A stretch of DNA of 32,000 bases from Caulobacter vibrioides NA1000 (lineage in GTDB: Bacteria > Pseudomonadota > Alphaproteobacteria > Caulobacterales > Caulobacteraceae), in assembly GCF_000022005.1 (NCBI RefSeq), contig NC_011916.1; one strand, 5' to 3'. The stretch's first letter is position 1, and the number at the start of each line of letters is the position of its first letter. The position numbers and the translations under genes are program-made. Below are positions 17,127 to 26,223 of the stretch, in pieces. The notes below the pieces were generated by a model, which saw nothing but the letters and a program-made list of their open reading frames with translations, was not told the origin of the DNA and did no database searches.

Positions 17127-18488
17127 CTAGTACGCGCAGTCGGTGAAGACCCGTTCGATGTCGCCGCCCCAGGCGCCGTTGTACAGCGACAGCAGCTTCT
17201 CGGCCGGGGTGATCCCGCTGTCGGCGATCTGCTCCAGCTCGCCCAGATAGATGGTCTCGTCCAGGAAGCCGCCGTTCAACTGGGCGCGGTTCTTCAGACC
17301 CGCCTTGGCGACGGCGACAAAATCCTTGGCCACGTCCTGGGCCGAGCGGCCGGCGACTTGCGCCTTGAGGCCCAGCTTGGGCACATCGCGACGCAGGCCC
17401 TCGCGGTCCTCCAGCGTCCAGTCCTTGCAGAGGTCCCACGCGGCGGCGAGCGCGGCGTCATCGTAGAAGACGCCCGTCCACAGCGCCGGCAGGGCGCACA
17501 GGCGGCTCCAGGGGCCGGCGTCGGCGCCGCGCATCTCCAGATAGGTCTTCAGGCGCACTTCGGGGAAGGCCGTGGTCGTGTGGTCGGCGAAGTCCTTCAT
17601 CGTGGCGATCTCGCCCGGCAGCTCGGGCAGCTTGCCCTCGATGAAGTCGCGGAACGACCGGCCGGCGACGTCGATGTACTTGTCGCCGCGCTTGACGAAA
17701 TACATCGGCACATCCAGCGCGTAGCGGGCGTAGCGCTCGAAATCGAAGCCGTCCTCGAACACGAAGTCCAAGAGGCCCGTGCGGTTGGGGTCGGTGTCGG
17801 TCCAGACATTGGCCCGGGCCGACAGGAAGCCGTTGGGCTTGCCTTCCGTGAACGGCGAATTGGCGAACAGGGCCGTGGCGATCGGCTGCAAAGCCAGGCT
17901 CATGCGGAACTTGGCGACCATGTCGGCTTCGCTGGAGAAGTCGAGATTGGCCTGCACCGTGCAGGTGCGCAGCATCATGTCCAGGCCCAGATTGCCGACC
18001 TTGGGCATGTAGTTGCGCATGATCACGTAGCGCCCCTTGGGCATGATCGGCACCTGCCCGCGCGTCCACTTGGGCGAGAAGCCCAGACCCGTAAAGCCCA
18101 GGCCCAGCTCGTCGGCGACGGTCTTGACCTCGTCCAGGTGCTGGCCGGTCTCCTCGCAGATCTCGTGCATGGTCGAGAGCGGCGCGCCCGAAAGCTCGAA
18201 CTGACCGCCCGGCTCCAGGCTGACATTGGCCCCGTTGCGCTCGAGGCCGATGATGGTCGGTCCTTCCATGACCGGGGTCCAGCCAAAGCGCTGCAGTCCG
18301 GTCAGCAGGGCGTGGACGCCCTTGTCGCCCTCGTAGGGCACGGGCTCATGCGAGCCCAGATAGAAGCCGAATTTCTCGTGCTCGGCCCCCACACGGAAGG
18401 CTTCCTTGGGCTTGGAGCCCTTGGCGAAATAGGCGGTGAGGTCGTCGAGCGTCAGCTGACGCTCCTGAACGCTAGCGGTGTCGGCCAT
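17127..18488 (-). CDS. gshA: glutamate--cysteine ligase (plant/alphaproteobacterial GCS2 type)
   Basis: 453 aa, full length, resembling the GCS2-family gamma-glutamylcysteine synthetases of alphaproteobacteria and plants (VGAEHEKFGF..., RTCTVQANLDF...). GGAGGG lies about 10 nt upstream of the ATG. Confidence 0.93.
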   Translation of the reverse strand: MADTASVQERQLTLDDLTAYFAKGSKPKEAFRVGAEHEKFGFYLGSHEPVPYEGDKGVHALLTGLQRFGWTPVMEGPTIIGLERNGANVSLEPGGQFELSGAPLSTMHEICEETGQHLDEVKTVADELGLGFTGLGFSPKWTRGQVPIMPKGRYVIMRNYMPKVGNLGLDMMLRTCTVQANLDFSSEADMVAKFRMSLALQPIATALFANSPFTEGKPNGFLSARANVWTDTDPNRTGLLDFVFEDGFDFERYARYALDVPMYFVKRGDKYIDVAGRSFRDFIEGKLPELPGEIATMKDFADHTTTAFPEVRLKTYLEMRGADAGPWSRLCALPALWTGVFYDDAALAAAWDLCKDWTLEDREGLRRDVPKLGLKAQVAGRSAQDVAKDFVAVAKAGLKNRAQLNGGFLDETIYLGELEQIADSGITPAEKLLSLYNGAWGGDIERVFTDCAY

Positions 18489-18630
18489 GCAAGCCGTCCC
18501 TCCCCAGGGTGTTGCGGTGCTGCGGAAAGAGAGGGCCCATGCTCTCCGCCGACGGCGATCCTAATCGGTCACGCCCAGTTGGGCGTTTTCTTTGCGAACC
18601 TCAAGGGGCCACCTTGAGCTTATCTGCGGA

Positions 18631-19347
18631 CTACCGCCAATCCCCGGCAGCAGCCTGCCACAGGGTCATGGCTGAAATGGCCGCCGTGTCGGCGCGCAGG
18701 ATGCGCGGGCCCAGCGACACCGGCGTGACGAAAGCAAGCCCGCGCAGGCGCTCGCGTTCCTCCGGGGCGAAGCCGCCCTCGGGACCGATCAGGATCGCGG
18801 CGGGCCCGGTTGTCCCCGACAGCGCCTCGATCATGGGCCTGGCGTCGCCGCCCTCGTCGCAGAACACCAGGCGCCGGGCCGGGTCCCAGGCGTCGAGGAT
18901 CTTGTCCAGCTTCTCGGGGTCGGCGACCTCGGGCACGTCGAGACGCCCTGTCTGCTCGGCGGCCTCCATGGCGATGGCGTCGAGACGCCCCAGCTTGACG
19001 AAATCGACATTGGTCCGCCGCGTGATGGTCAGGCGCACCCGACGCGCGCCCAGCTCGGCGGCCTTCTCGACGATGGTCTCGACGCGGCCGCGCTTGACCA
19101 TGGCGACGATGAGGTCGAGGTCGGGGCCCAGCGTCATCGGCCGCGTCTGCTCTTCGGCCTTCAGCAGGCAGCCGCGCTTGGTGGCCTCGACGAGGGTCGC
19201 CCGCCACTCGCCGTCGCGGCCGTTGAACAGCAAAAGCTCGGCGCCGACCGACAGACGCATCACCGAGGTCAGGTAGCGCGACTGATCGACGGTAGGGACG
19301 ACGCCGGCCCCGGCGGAAAGGTCGTTGGGAACGAACAGACGGATCAT
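18631..19347 (-). CDS. rsmE: 16S rRNA (uracil1498-N3)-methyltransferase RsmE
   Basis: 238 aa with a PUA-like N-domain (MIRLFVP ... QSRYLTSVMRLSVGAELLLFNGRDGEW) and a SPOUT C-domain (ILIGPEGGFAPEE). Confidence 0.92.
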   Translation of the reverse strand: MIRLFVPNDLSAGAGVVPTVDQSRYLTSVMRLSVGAELLLFNGRDGEWRATLVEATKRGCLLKAEEQTRPMTLGPDLDLIVAMVKRGRVETIVEKAAELGARRVRLTITRRTNVDFVKLGRLDAIAMEAAEQTGRLDVPEVADPEKLDKILDAWDPARRLVFCDEGGDARPMIEALSGTTGPAAILIGPEGGFAPEERERLRGLAFVTPVSLGPRILRADTAAISAMTLWQAAAGDWR

Positions 19348-19393
19348 TTTGCCCTTCTAGCCTAACCAACACGCTCGGGGGTAGGCTCGCCGG

Positions 19394-20155
19394 ATGAGCA
19401 AGTCCGACGACGACGAGGCCGAACTCGTCCAGCTGCAACTGGCGCTGATCGCCCTGCAGAAAAAGGCCATCAAGGACGGCGACAAGATCCTGGTGGTCTT
19501 CGAGGGCCGCGACGCCGCCGGCAAGGACGGCGTCATCGCACGGATCACCGAGCACCTGTCGCGGCGCGCCACCACGGTCGTGGCCCTGCCCAAGCCCACC
19601 GACCGCGAGCGCAGCGAGTGGTACTTCCAGCGCTATGTCGAATGGCTGCCGGCCTGCGGCGAGGCGGTGCTGTTCAACCGCTCCTGGTACAATCGGGCCG
19701 GCGTCGAGCGGGTGATGGATTTCTCGACGCCGCAGCAGCAGGAGCAGTTCCTGCGCGACGTCCCGGCCTTCGAGCGGATGCTGGTCGAGAACGGCATGCG
19801 CTATGTAAAGTTCTGGCTGGACATCAGCCGCGAGGAGCAGGCCAAGCGCCTCAAATCCCGCCGCGAAGACCCGCTGAAGGCCTTCAAGACCAGTCCGCTG
19901 GACGCCGTCGCCCAGGAGAAGTGGGACGACTACACCAAGGCCCGCGACGAGATGCTGATGCGCACCCACAGCGACATCGCGCCCTGGATCTGCGTCCGCG
20001 CCGACCACAAGAAGGCCGCCCGGCTGAACGTGATCCGCTGGCTGCTGCACGCGGCCGGCGACAAGAAGATCCTCAAGGGCGTGGAGAGGCCCGATCCTGC
20101 GGTGATCTTCCCGTTCGAGCCGGCGGCGCTGGAAGATGGGCGGTTGGCGCGGTAG
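19394..20155 (+). CDS. ppk2: polyphosphate kinase 2 (single-domain PPK2)
   Basis: 253 aa with the PPK2 Walker-A-like motif FEGRDAAGKDG and the conserved NRSWYNRAGVERV block. Confidence 0.92.
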   Translation: MSKSDDDEAELVQLQLALIALQKKAIKDGDKILVVFEGRDAAGKDGVIARITEHLSRRATTVVALPKPTDRERSEWYFQRYVEWLPACGEAVLFNRSWYNRAGVERVMDFSTPQQQEQFLRDVPAFERMLVENGMRYVKFWLDISREEQAKRLKSRREDPLKAFKTSPLDAVAQEKWDDYTKARDEMLMRTHSDIAPWICVRADHKKAARLNVIRWLLHAAGDKKILKGVERPDPAVIFPFEPAALEDGRLAR

Positions 20156-20160
20156 GGCCG

Positions 20161-20250
20161 CCCTCGCCCTTCGACAAGCTCAGGGTGAGGACGACTGCTG
20201 AGGCCACCGTAGAAACCTCACCCTGAGCCTGTCGAAGGGCGAGGTTTCTC
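20161..20250. repeat. Palindromic intergenic repeat, family A, copy 3 (best preserved)
   Basis: CGCCCTTCGACAAGCTCAGGGTGAGG (20165-20190) and CCTCACCCTGAGCCTGTCGAAGGGCG (20216-20241) are complementary at 25 of 26 positions, with a 25-nt spacer. The right arm is itself bracketed by AGAAACCTC / GAGGTTTCT (20211-20219 / 20241-20249). Confidence 0.8.
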
Positions 20251-20251
20251 G

Positions 20252-20632
20252 TCACAGCTTCCGCTTCGCCCGCTCCGCCGCGATCTCCACGTTCCGCGCC
20301 ACGCGATGGCGGACGATGTCCTCCACCAGGTCCGGCGGCAGGGGCGCGGCGGGCTGGAACCGGATCGTGCCCTTGGCGGTGTCGAAGCCGGCCAGCCGCT
20401 CGGCGAACACGTCCATCACCGCGCCCGGATAGAACGCGCAATGCTTCGCCGCCGCGCCGAAGTGGACGAGATTGCCGTTCAGCTTGAAGGTCGGCAGGCC
20501 ATAGCTGATCGCCTCGACCGCCTCGGGGGCGGCCGCGCGGATCTGACCGCGAAGAACCTCCAGCGCCGCGCGCTGATCGGCGGGCAGTCTGGCCAGATAG
20601 TCGTCCACGGATGCGGCGGGGGGCTTCATCAT
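20252..20632 (-). CDS. DUF1801 (YdhG-like) domain-containing protein
   Basis: 126 aa. SVDDYLARLPADQRAALEVLRGQIRAAAPEAVEAISYGLPTFKLNGNLVHFGAAAKHCAFYP is the typical DUF1801 pattern. Confidence 0.85.
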   Translation of the reverse strand: MMKPPAASVDDYLARLPADQRAALEVLRGQIRAAAPEAVEAISYGLPTFKLNGNLVHFGAAAKHCAFYPGAVMDVFAERLAGFDTAKGTIRFQPAAPLPPDLVEDIVRHRVARNVEIAAERAKRKL

Positions 20633-20696
20633 CGGATGGTCCTCGATCGATCACACCAAGGACGTTGCAAAAGCGCCCCCGCCGACACCGCCTCGC

Positions 20697-22211
20697 CTAC
20701 TTCGCCCCATACAGGGCCATGACGTCCTTGCGGAACGCAGCCCCGCTGTCGGGGCGGCTGTAGAACATGTGGCCGCCCGCATAGTTGGACAGGGTCACGC
20801 GGCCTTGGGCCGTCGCGGGCATGGCGTCGACGATCAGGCGCGAGGCGAAGAACGGGCACGACAGGTCGTTATAGCCGTGGACGATCAGCACCTTCAGCTT
20901 GGGATCGACCGAGACGATCTTGCGCAGGTCGGTGACCGACTCGGTGTCCGCCCCGCGACCGCGGTCCCATTGGCCGTTGACCTTGTACGACAGCGCCTCA
21001 TAGCGGGCCTCAGGCTTCCAGCCGACCACGCGGGTGGTGAAATCGACGATCGCGCTGGTGGTCGGGGCGATGATCGCGTCGAGGATCGGGTCATTGACCT
21101 CCTGCTCCGGCGCGAACGGGAAGGGGTCGAGCGAGGTGACGTTGCTGTCGTAGCGGCTGCCCAGGCGCCCCTTGTCGCGGAACGCCTCGCGCAGGAACGA
21201 CTGGGTTTCCAGGCGACCACCGGCGCGGCGGACATAGGTCGGATCAAGCCCCGTCATCGCCGAGACCTTGGCTGTCAGGCGATCCAGGGCGGCGGGGTCC
21301 GCGCCCTTCATCAGGTCGACCATGTATTCGCCGCGCGTATAGTCCTCGACGGCCTTGATCGCCTCGGGCGTCAGCTTACCCTCGCGCTCCAGCTTGGCCG
21401 CCGCGATCGACGGCAGGGTCCACATGGCCGGCAGAGGCGAGATCTCCTGCGAGACACGGCCGGCGCTGGTCAGCAGCGGCGAGACCAGCACCACGCCCTT
21501 CACCGCCACCCCTAGATCGGTCTGCAGGGTGTAGGCCAGGCGCGGCCCCCGGAAGCCGCCGTAGCTTTCGCCGACCAGATACTTCGGCGCGGCCAGACGG
21601 TCGGACTTGACCAGGTAGTCGAAGACGATCCGCGACAGGTAGTCGATGTCCTGCTTGACGCCGAAGAAGCGCTTCTTGGCTTCGTCCTCAGGGATCAGCG
21701 AACGCGAGAAGCCGGTGCCGACCGGGTCGATGAACACCAGATCGGTGAAGTCCAGCCACGAGGCCGGATTGTCGTCCAGCTTGCTGAAGTCCGACGGGCT
21801 GTCGCCCTCGGCGCCGAACTGCACGCGCTTGGGGCCCAGGGCGAAGTTCAGATAGACGCTGGCCGCGCCCGGACCGCCGTTGAAGGCGAAGGTGATCGGA
21901 CGCTTGGGATCGCGCGGTCCGTCCAGGGTGTAGGCGGTGTAGACCACCTCGGCGATCTTCTTGCCCTTCTCGTCGCGCACCGGCATGGCGCCGACCGTGG
22001 CGGTGTAGGTCAGGGTCTTGCCCGCCAGGACCGTGGTCTGCTTGACCGACTTCTCGCCGGGGAACGCCGGCAGGTCCGATCCCGACTTCTCGGCGGCGGG
22101 CTTGTCGCCGCCCTTGTCCTGGGCGAAGGCGGACGGGGCGAACAAGCCCGGACCCGACAGGGCCGCCACGGCGACCAGAGCCAGCAGGCCCGCTCGGAAA
22201 GACTGTTTCAT
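20697..22211 (-). CDS. S10 family serine carboxypeptidase, secreted
   Basis: 504 aa with a signal peptide (MKQSFRAGLLALVAVAALSGPGLFAPSAFA), the catalytic serine motif VGESYGG and the C-terminal catalytic His context YAGGHMF. Confidence 0.88.
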   Translation of the reverse strand: MKQSFRAGLLALVAVAALSGPGLFAPSAFAQDKGGDKPAAEKSGSDLPAFPGEKSVKQTTVLAGKTLTYTATVGAMPVRDEKGKKIAEVVYTAYTLDGPRDPKRPITFAFNGGPGAASVYLNFALGPKRVQFGAEGDSPSDFSKLDDNPASWLDFTDLVFIDPVGTGFSRSLIPEDEAKKRFFGVKQDIDYLSRIVFDYLVKSDRLAAPKYLVGESYGGFRGPRLAYTLQTDLGVAVKGVVLVSPLLTSAGRVSQEISPLPAMWTLPSIAAAKLEREGKLTPEAIKAVEDYTRGEYMVDLMKGADPAALDRLTAKVSAMTGLDPTYVRRAGGRLETQSFLREAFRDKGRLGSRYDSNVTSLDPFPFAPEQEVNDPILDAIIAPTTSAIVDFTTRVVGWKPEARYEALSYKVNGQWDRGRGADTESVTDLRKIVSVDPKLKVLIVHGYNDLSCPFFASRLIVDAMPATAQGRVTLSNYAGGHMFYSRPDSGAAFRKDVMALYGAK

Positions 22212-22311
22212 CGATACCCCTCCACTGAGGGCGAAATTGCTAGGCCAAGGCGCGTGGCTTCACAACCTCACCGCAACATGATGGTGTGGCCGCGAACGGG
22301 AGGACTTCGCC

Positions 22312-24060
22312 ATGGACGCCACGCGGTCGCGCGACGCCGCCATTCTTCGCCTGGCCATCGGCCTGGCCCAGGGGATTGCGCTGTTCCTGCTGCAGAAGGC
22401 CGACGAGTCGAAGACCTGGCCCGCGACACAGCCGATGTTGTACGCGCCGCTGCTGGTCTGCGTGCTGATGGTCCCGCTGCTGCCGCTGGCGGCGCTGTCG
22501 GCGATGCGGCGCGCCAACCTCGTGGTCTGGACCGCGGTCGCCACCGCCGTCACGGCGATCCTGGCCGTCCATGCCGCCTGGGTCGGCGCCGCCCCCGACC
22601 GTATCGGGGCCAGCCCGCTGTCGCCGCCGCTGTTCCTGGCGACCGCCGCCATGCTGTTCATCGCTCACCATCTGGTCCAGCCCGCCGACGCGGCCGGCAA
22701 GCCCGTCGCGCCCTACCCCGCCTATTTCGACCTGACCTGGACCAACGGCGTGCGGCTGGCGCTGTCCCTGGCCTTCACCGGCGCCTTCTGGCTGCTGCTG
22801 TTCCTGGCCGCCGCCCTGTTCAAGCTGATCGGGATCGAGGCCATCGGCAAGCTGATCGGCGAGACCGCCTTCGCCTTCCCGGCCACCGGCCTGATGTTCG
22901 CCGCCGCCGTCCATATGGCCGTGCAGCTGACCGAGGCCCGCGCGGGCCTGGTGCGCGGCGCCCTGACCGTGGGTCTGACCCTGCTGGGCTGGCTCTTGCC
23001 GCTGATGGTGCTGATCGGCGGCGGGTTCCTGGCCACCCTGCCCTTCACGGGCCTGGCGCCGCTGTGGGGCACCAAGGCCGCCACCGCCCTGTTGCTGTCA
23101 GCGGCCGCCGCCCTGATCCTGCTGATCAACGCCGCCTATCAGGACGGCGAAGAGCCGCCGCATCTGATCCCTTGTCTCGCGGCGCGGATCGCCGGCCTGC
23201 TGCTGATCCCGATCGTGATCCTGGCCGGCTACGCCCTGTGGCTGCGGATCGACCAGTACGGCCTGACGCCCGAGCGGGTGGTCGCCGGCGTCTACCTGGT
23301 GGTCGCGATCGGCTTCACGGCGGGCTACGCCCTGGCGGCCGTGAAGCCCGGCCCCTGGATGAAGCCGCTGGAGCGGACCAACCCGATCATGGCTGCAGCC
23401 TGCGTGCTGCTGCTGATCGCCCTGTTCACCCCGATCGCCAACCCGGCGCGGCTTTCGGTGGCGAGCCAGGTCAAGCGGCTGGAGAGCGGCGAGGTGGCGG
23501 CGGACAAGTTCGACTTCCAGTTCCTGCGCTTCGACGCCGGCCGCTACGGCCGCGAAGCGCTGGATCGCTTGAAGACCCACCCCAACGCCGAGATCGCCAA
23601 GCGCGCCCGCGACGCCGCCGCCAGCACCGAGAAGCAATACCCGGCGGGCGAGATACGGCCCGACTTCAAGGCCATGGCCGTCTATCCGGCCGGCAAGGCG
23701 CTGCCCCAGAGCTTTGTTGCGCAGGACTGGTCACAGCCTTCAGGCTCGAACTGCACGGCCATAGCCATGCAGTGCCCAGCCCTGGTCGCTGACGTCGACG
23801 CCGACGGCAAGGACGAGGTGCTGCTCGCCGAGGGCGACCGCCTGAAGGTCTTCTCCGAGGGCGCGGATCGCGTCTGGACCCTGACCGCGGTCGCCGCGGC
23901 GGGCTGCGAGAGCTACGACCTGGAGGCCTGGATGAAAACCGGCGCGCCCAGCCTGAGCGAACCGGTCGCCCGCCGCGATCTGATCCTGGGCGGCCGGCGC
24001 CTGGCGCTACAGCCGGCCAGCAAGGATTGTCAGGTCAGCGTTACACCACCCCCGCGCTGA
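22312..24060 (+). CDS. large polytopic membrane protein (DUF4153-like) with Cys-containing C-terminal soluble domain
   Basis: 582 aa. GGGAGGA lies about 9 nt upstream of the ATG. It has about 10-12 Leu/Ala-rich TM helices, then a soluble tail of about 200 aa with four Cys and an FG-GAP/VCBS-like DVDADGKDEVLL segment. The same-strand alternate-frame ORF 22254-23792 is Arg/Pro junk. The family assignment is from memory and needs hmmscan. Confidence 0.7.
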   Translation: MDATRSRDAAILRLAIGLAQGIALFLLQKADESKTWPATQPMLYAPLLVCVLMVPLLPLAALSAMRRANLVVWTAVATAVTAILAVHAAWVGAAPDRIGASPLSPPLFLATAAMLFIAHHLVQPADAAGKPVAPYPAYFDLTWTNGVRLALSLAFTGAFWLLLFLAAALFKLIGIEAIGKLIGETAFAFPATGLMFAAAVHMAVQLTEARAGLVRGALTVGLTLLGWLLPLMVLIGGGFLATLPFTGLAPLWGTKAATALLLSAAAALILLINAAYQDGEEPPHLIPCLAARIAGLLLIPIVILAGYALWLRIDQYGLTPERVVAGVYLVVAIGFTAGYALAAVKPGPWMKPLERTNPIMAAACVLLLIALFTPIANPARLSVASQVKRLESGEVAADKFDFQFLRFDAGRYGREALDRLKTHPNAEIAKRARDAAASTEKQYPAGEIRPDFKAMAVYPAGKALPQSFVAQDWSQPSGSNCTAIAMQCPALVADVDADGKDEVLLAEGDRLKVFSEGADRVWTLTAVAAAGCESYDLEAWMKTGAPSLSEPVARRDLILGGRRLALQPASKDCQVSVTPPPR

Positions 24061-25834
24061 TCGCGTTGAGGCGCGCATAGACCCCGCCTTTGGCGGTCAG
24101 CTCGGCGTGCCGGCCTTCCTCGACCACGCGACCGCCCTGGAACACCAGGATCCGGTCGGCGCCGCGCACCGTCGACAGGCGGTGGGCGATGACGATCGTC
24201 GTGCGGCCCTCCATCAGCGCCTCGGCGGCCTCTTGGACGTGGCCTTCGGTCTCGACGTCCAGCGACGAGGTCGCCTCGTCGAGAACCAGGATCGGCGCGT
24301 CGGCCAGGAAGGCGCGGGCGATGGCCACCCGCTGGCGCTCGCCGCCCGACAGCTTGACGCCCCGCTCGCCGACCAGGGTGTCGTAGCCCTTGGGCAGGCG
24401 CAGGATGAACTCGTGGGCGCGGGCCTTGATGGCCGCGTCCTCGACCTCTTCGCGGGTGGCGTCCGGCTTGCCGTAGGCGATGTTCTCAAACAGCGTGCGG
24501 TGGAACAGGGCCGGGTCCTGCGGCACCACCGCGATGGCGCGGCGCAAAGACGCCTGCTTCACCGTCGAGACGTCCTGGCCGTCGATGACCACCGCCCCGT
24601 CCTGCAGGTCATGCAGGCGCTGGATCAGCTTGACGAAGGTCGACTTGCCCGAGCCCGTCGGCCCGACCAGCGCCACCCGCTCGCCGGGGGCGATCTTCAG
24701 GCTGAACCGATCGTACAGCGGCGCGCCGGCCGCCTTGTAGCGGAAGGTCACGTCCTGGAATTCGATCGCGCCGGAACCGGGCTGGAACTCCGGAGCGTTC
24801 GGGTCATCGGCGATCTGCGGCGCCAGGCGGGTCCAGGCGGCGACGTCCTCGGTGTCGTCCAGACCCTTCTGCAGCATGCGGATGTTTTCGCCCAGATTCC
24901 GCAGGTAGCCGCTCATCAGCATGAAGGCGGTGATCGCGAAGGCCACATCGCCGGGCGTGGCCGTGCCCTGCGTCCAGCCCCAGACCATGGCCCCGGTCAG
25001 GCCCGCCTGCAGCACCACGAGCAGCAGGTTCTGGCCCAGCCACACGTCGGTGAAACGGTTCCAGGTGACCATCACCGCCTCGCGCCATTGCGCCGTCACC
25101 TTGGCCAGGCGCTCGGCCTCGCGCGTCTCGGCGCCGAAGCTCTTGACGGTGGGGTTGGAGGTCACCGCGTCGGCCAGGGCCCCGCCGATCTTGGAGTCCA
25201 GCGCGTTGGACTTGAGGTTCGACGGCCGCACATAGCGCTCGGTGATGACGAGGTTCACCGTCAGATAGGCCGCCACCACGACCAGCGAGATGATCCCCGC
25301 CAACGGCTGGCGCACCAGCATGGCGATGGAGAGACCGATCAGCACGATCACGCCCGGCCCCAGCCAGATGGTCACCGCGTCGGTGACGCTGTCATAGCCC
25401 CACATGGCGCGGGTCAGTTTGCGCACTGTCGCGCCGGCGAAGCTGTCGGCGTGCCAGTCCGACGAGAAGGCCTGCACCTTGGCGAAGCTCTCGTTGGTCA
25501 TCTCCTCCATGTTCCGGGCCGCCAGGGGGATCCAGAACCGGTGGGCGATGTTGCGCACCACCGCGAAGGCGAAATAGACGCCGACAAAGATCGCCAGCGC
25601 CGACCAGGCCTGAGCGTCGCCGCGCGGCTGGGTGGCGACGGTGTCGACCAGGTGTCCTGCGGCGTAGGGCAGCGCCAGATCGAAGGCGACGGCCACCAGG
25701 GTCAGACCCACGCCCAGGCCGAACAGCACCGGGCGCCGCTTCCAGAACCGGGCGACAAAGCCCAGCACCTGGCGGTTGGACAGCGCGCGCTTCCTGGCGC
25801 CGGTCTCGTCTTCGTCCTCGATCATGTCGGTCAT
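24041..25834 (-). CDS. ABC transporter ATP-binding protein/permease (MsbA-like fused TMD-NBD exporter)
   Basis: 597 aa from MTDMIEDEDE (ATG at 25832-25834). Six-TM exporter domain plus NBD with Walker A GPTGSGKST, signature LSGGERQR and Walker B ILVLDEA. Track ORF 24041-26956 is an artefactual N-terminal extension. Confidence 0.93.
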   Translation of the reverse strand: MTDMIEDEDETGARKRALSNRQVLGFVARFWKRRPVLFGLGVGLTLVAVAFDLALPYAAGHLVDTVATQPRGDAQAWSALAIFVGVYFAFAVVRNIAHRFWIPLAARNMEEMTNESFAKVQAFSSDWHADSFAGATVRKLTRAMWGYDSVTDAVTIWLGPGVIVLIGLSIAMLVRQPLAGIISLVVVAAYLTVNLVITERYVRPSNLKSNALDSKIGGALADAVTSNPTVKSFGAETREAERLAKVTAQWREAVMVTWNRFTDVWLGQNLLLVVLQAGLTGAMVWGWTQGTATPGDVAFAITAFMLMSGYLRNLGENIRMLQKGLDDTEDVAAWTRLAPQIADDPNAPEFQPGSGAIEFQDVTFRYKAAGAPLYDRFSLKIAPGERVALVGPTGSGKSTFVKLIQRLHDLQDGAVVIDGQDVSTVKQASLRRAIAVVPQDPALFHRTLFENIAYGKPDATREEVEDAAIKARAHEFILRLPKGYDTLVGERGVKLSGGERQRVAIARAFLADAPILVLDEATSSLDVETEGHVQEAAEALMEGRTTIVIAHRLSTVRGADRILVFQGGRVVEEGRHAELTAKGGVYARLNAISAGVV

Positions 25835-25866
25835 GGCGCGGGAGATAGGACTTTCCCGCCCGCGCG

Positions 25867-26154
25867 TCAGCCCCGCCCGCGCTTTCGCCCGCCGCCAAAC
25901 GGTCGCCAGCGCAGGAACCAGCGGATCGCGGGGCCCACCACCGGCACCCGCAGCATCGGGCGCACGGCGTGGGGACGGGTCTTCAGGAAGCACAGCACCG
26001 CGCCGATCCAGAACACCGTGGTCGGCATGCCCGGCACCACCGCCCCGACCGCGCCGGTGGCCAGCAGCACCCCGCCCATCCCGTCCAGCACCCAGCGCTC
26101 GACGCGGGTGAGGCGGCGGCGGCGCGAACGGCGGTCCTGGACGGCGAAAGCCAT
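25867..26154 (-). CDS. YbaN/DUF454-like small membrane protein (paralog A, N-terminal-half type)
   Basis: 95 aa from MAFAVQDRR, with GAGGA 8 nt upstream of ATG 26154. LLATGAVGAVVPGMPTTVFWIGAVLCFLK matches the YbaN motif G-x-x-G-x-x-LP-x-LPTTPF. It lies 32 nt upstream of the ABC exporter. Confidence 0.65.
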   Translation of the reverse strand: MAFAVQDRRSRRRRLTRVERWVLDGMGGVLLATGAVGAVVPGMPTTVFWIGAVLCFLKTRPHAVRPMLRVPVVGPAIRWFLRWRPFGGGRKRGRG

Positions 26155-26223
26155 GCGCCGATCCTCGCGCCCCGAAACCCCGCTGTCGAGAAAATTGAGA
26201 GCGGCTCGCAAGACCTGGAGCCC

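Noticed and set aside
18620-20050. 476-aa minus-strand ORF spanning rsmE (other frame) and antisense to ppk2
   Set aside because: The content is Arg/Pro/Gly-rich junk. The real genes are the 238-aa RsmE frame and the plus-strand PPK2.
22254-23792. 512-aa plus-strand ORF in an alternate frame of the membrane-protein gene
   Set aside because: The 22312-24060 frame gives regular Leu/Ala-rich TM helices and has a good ribosome-binding site. The alternate frame is Arg/Pro/Gly-rich with no hydrophobic pattern.
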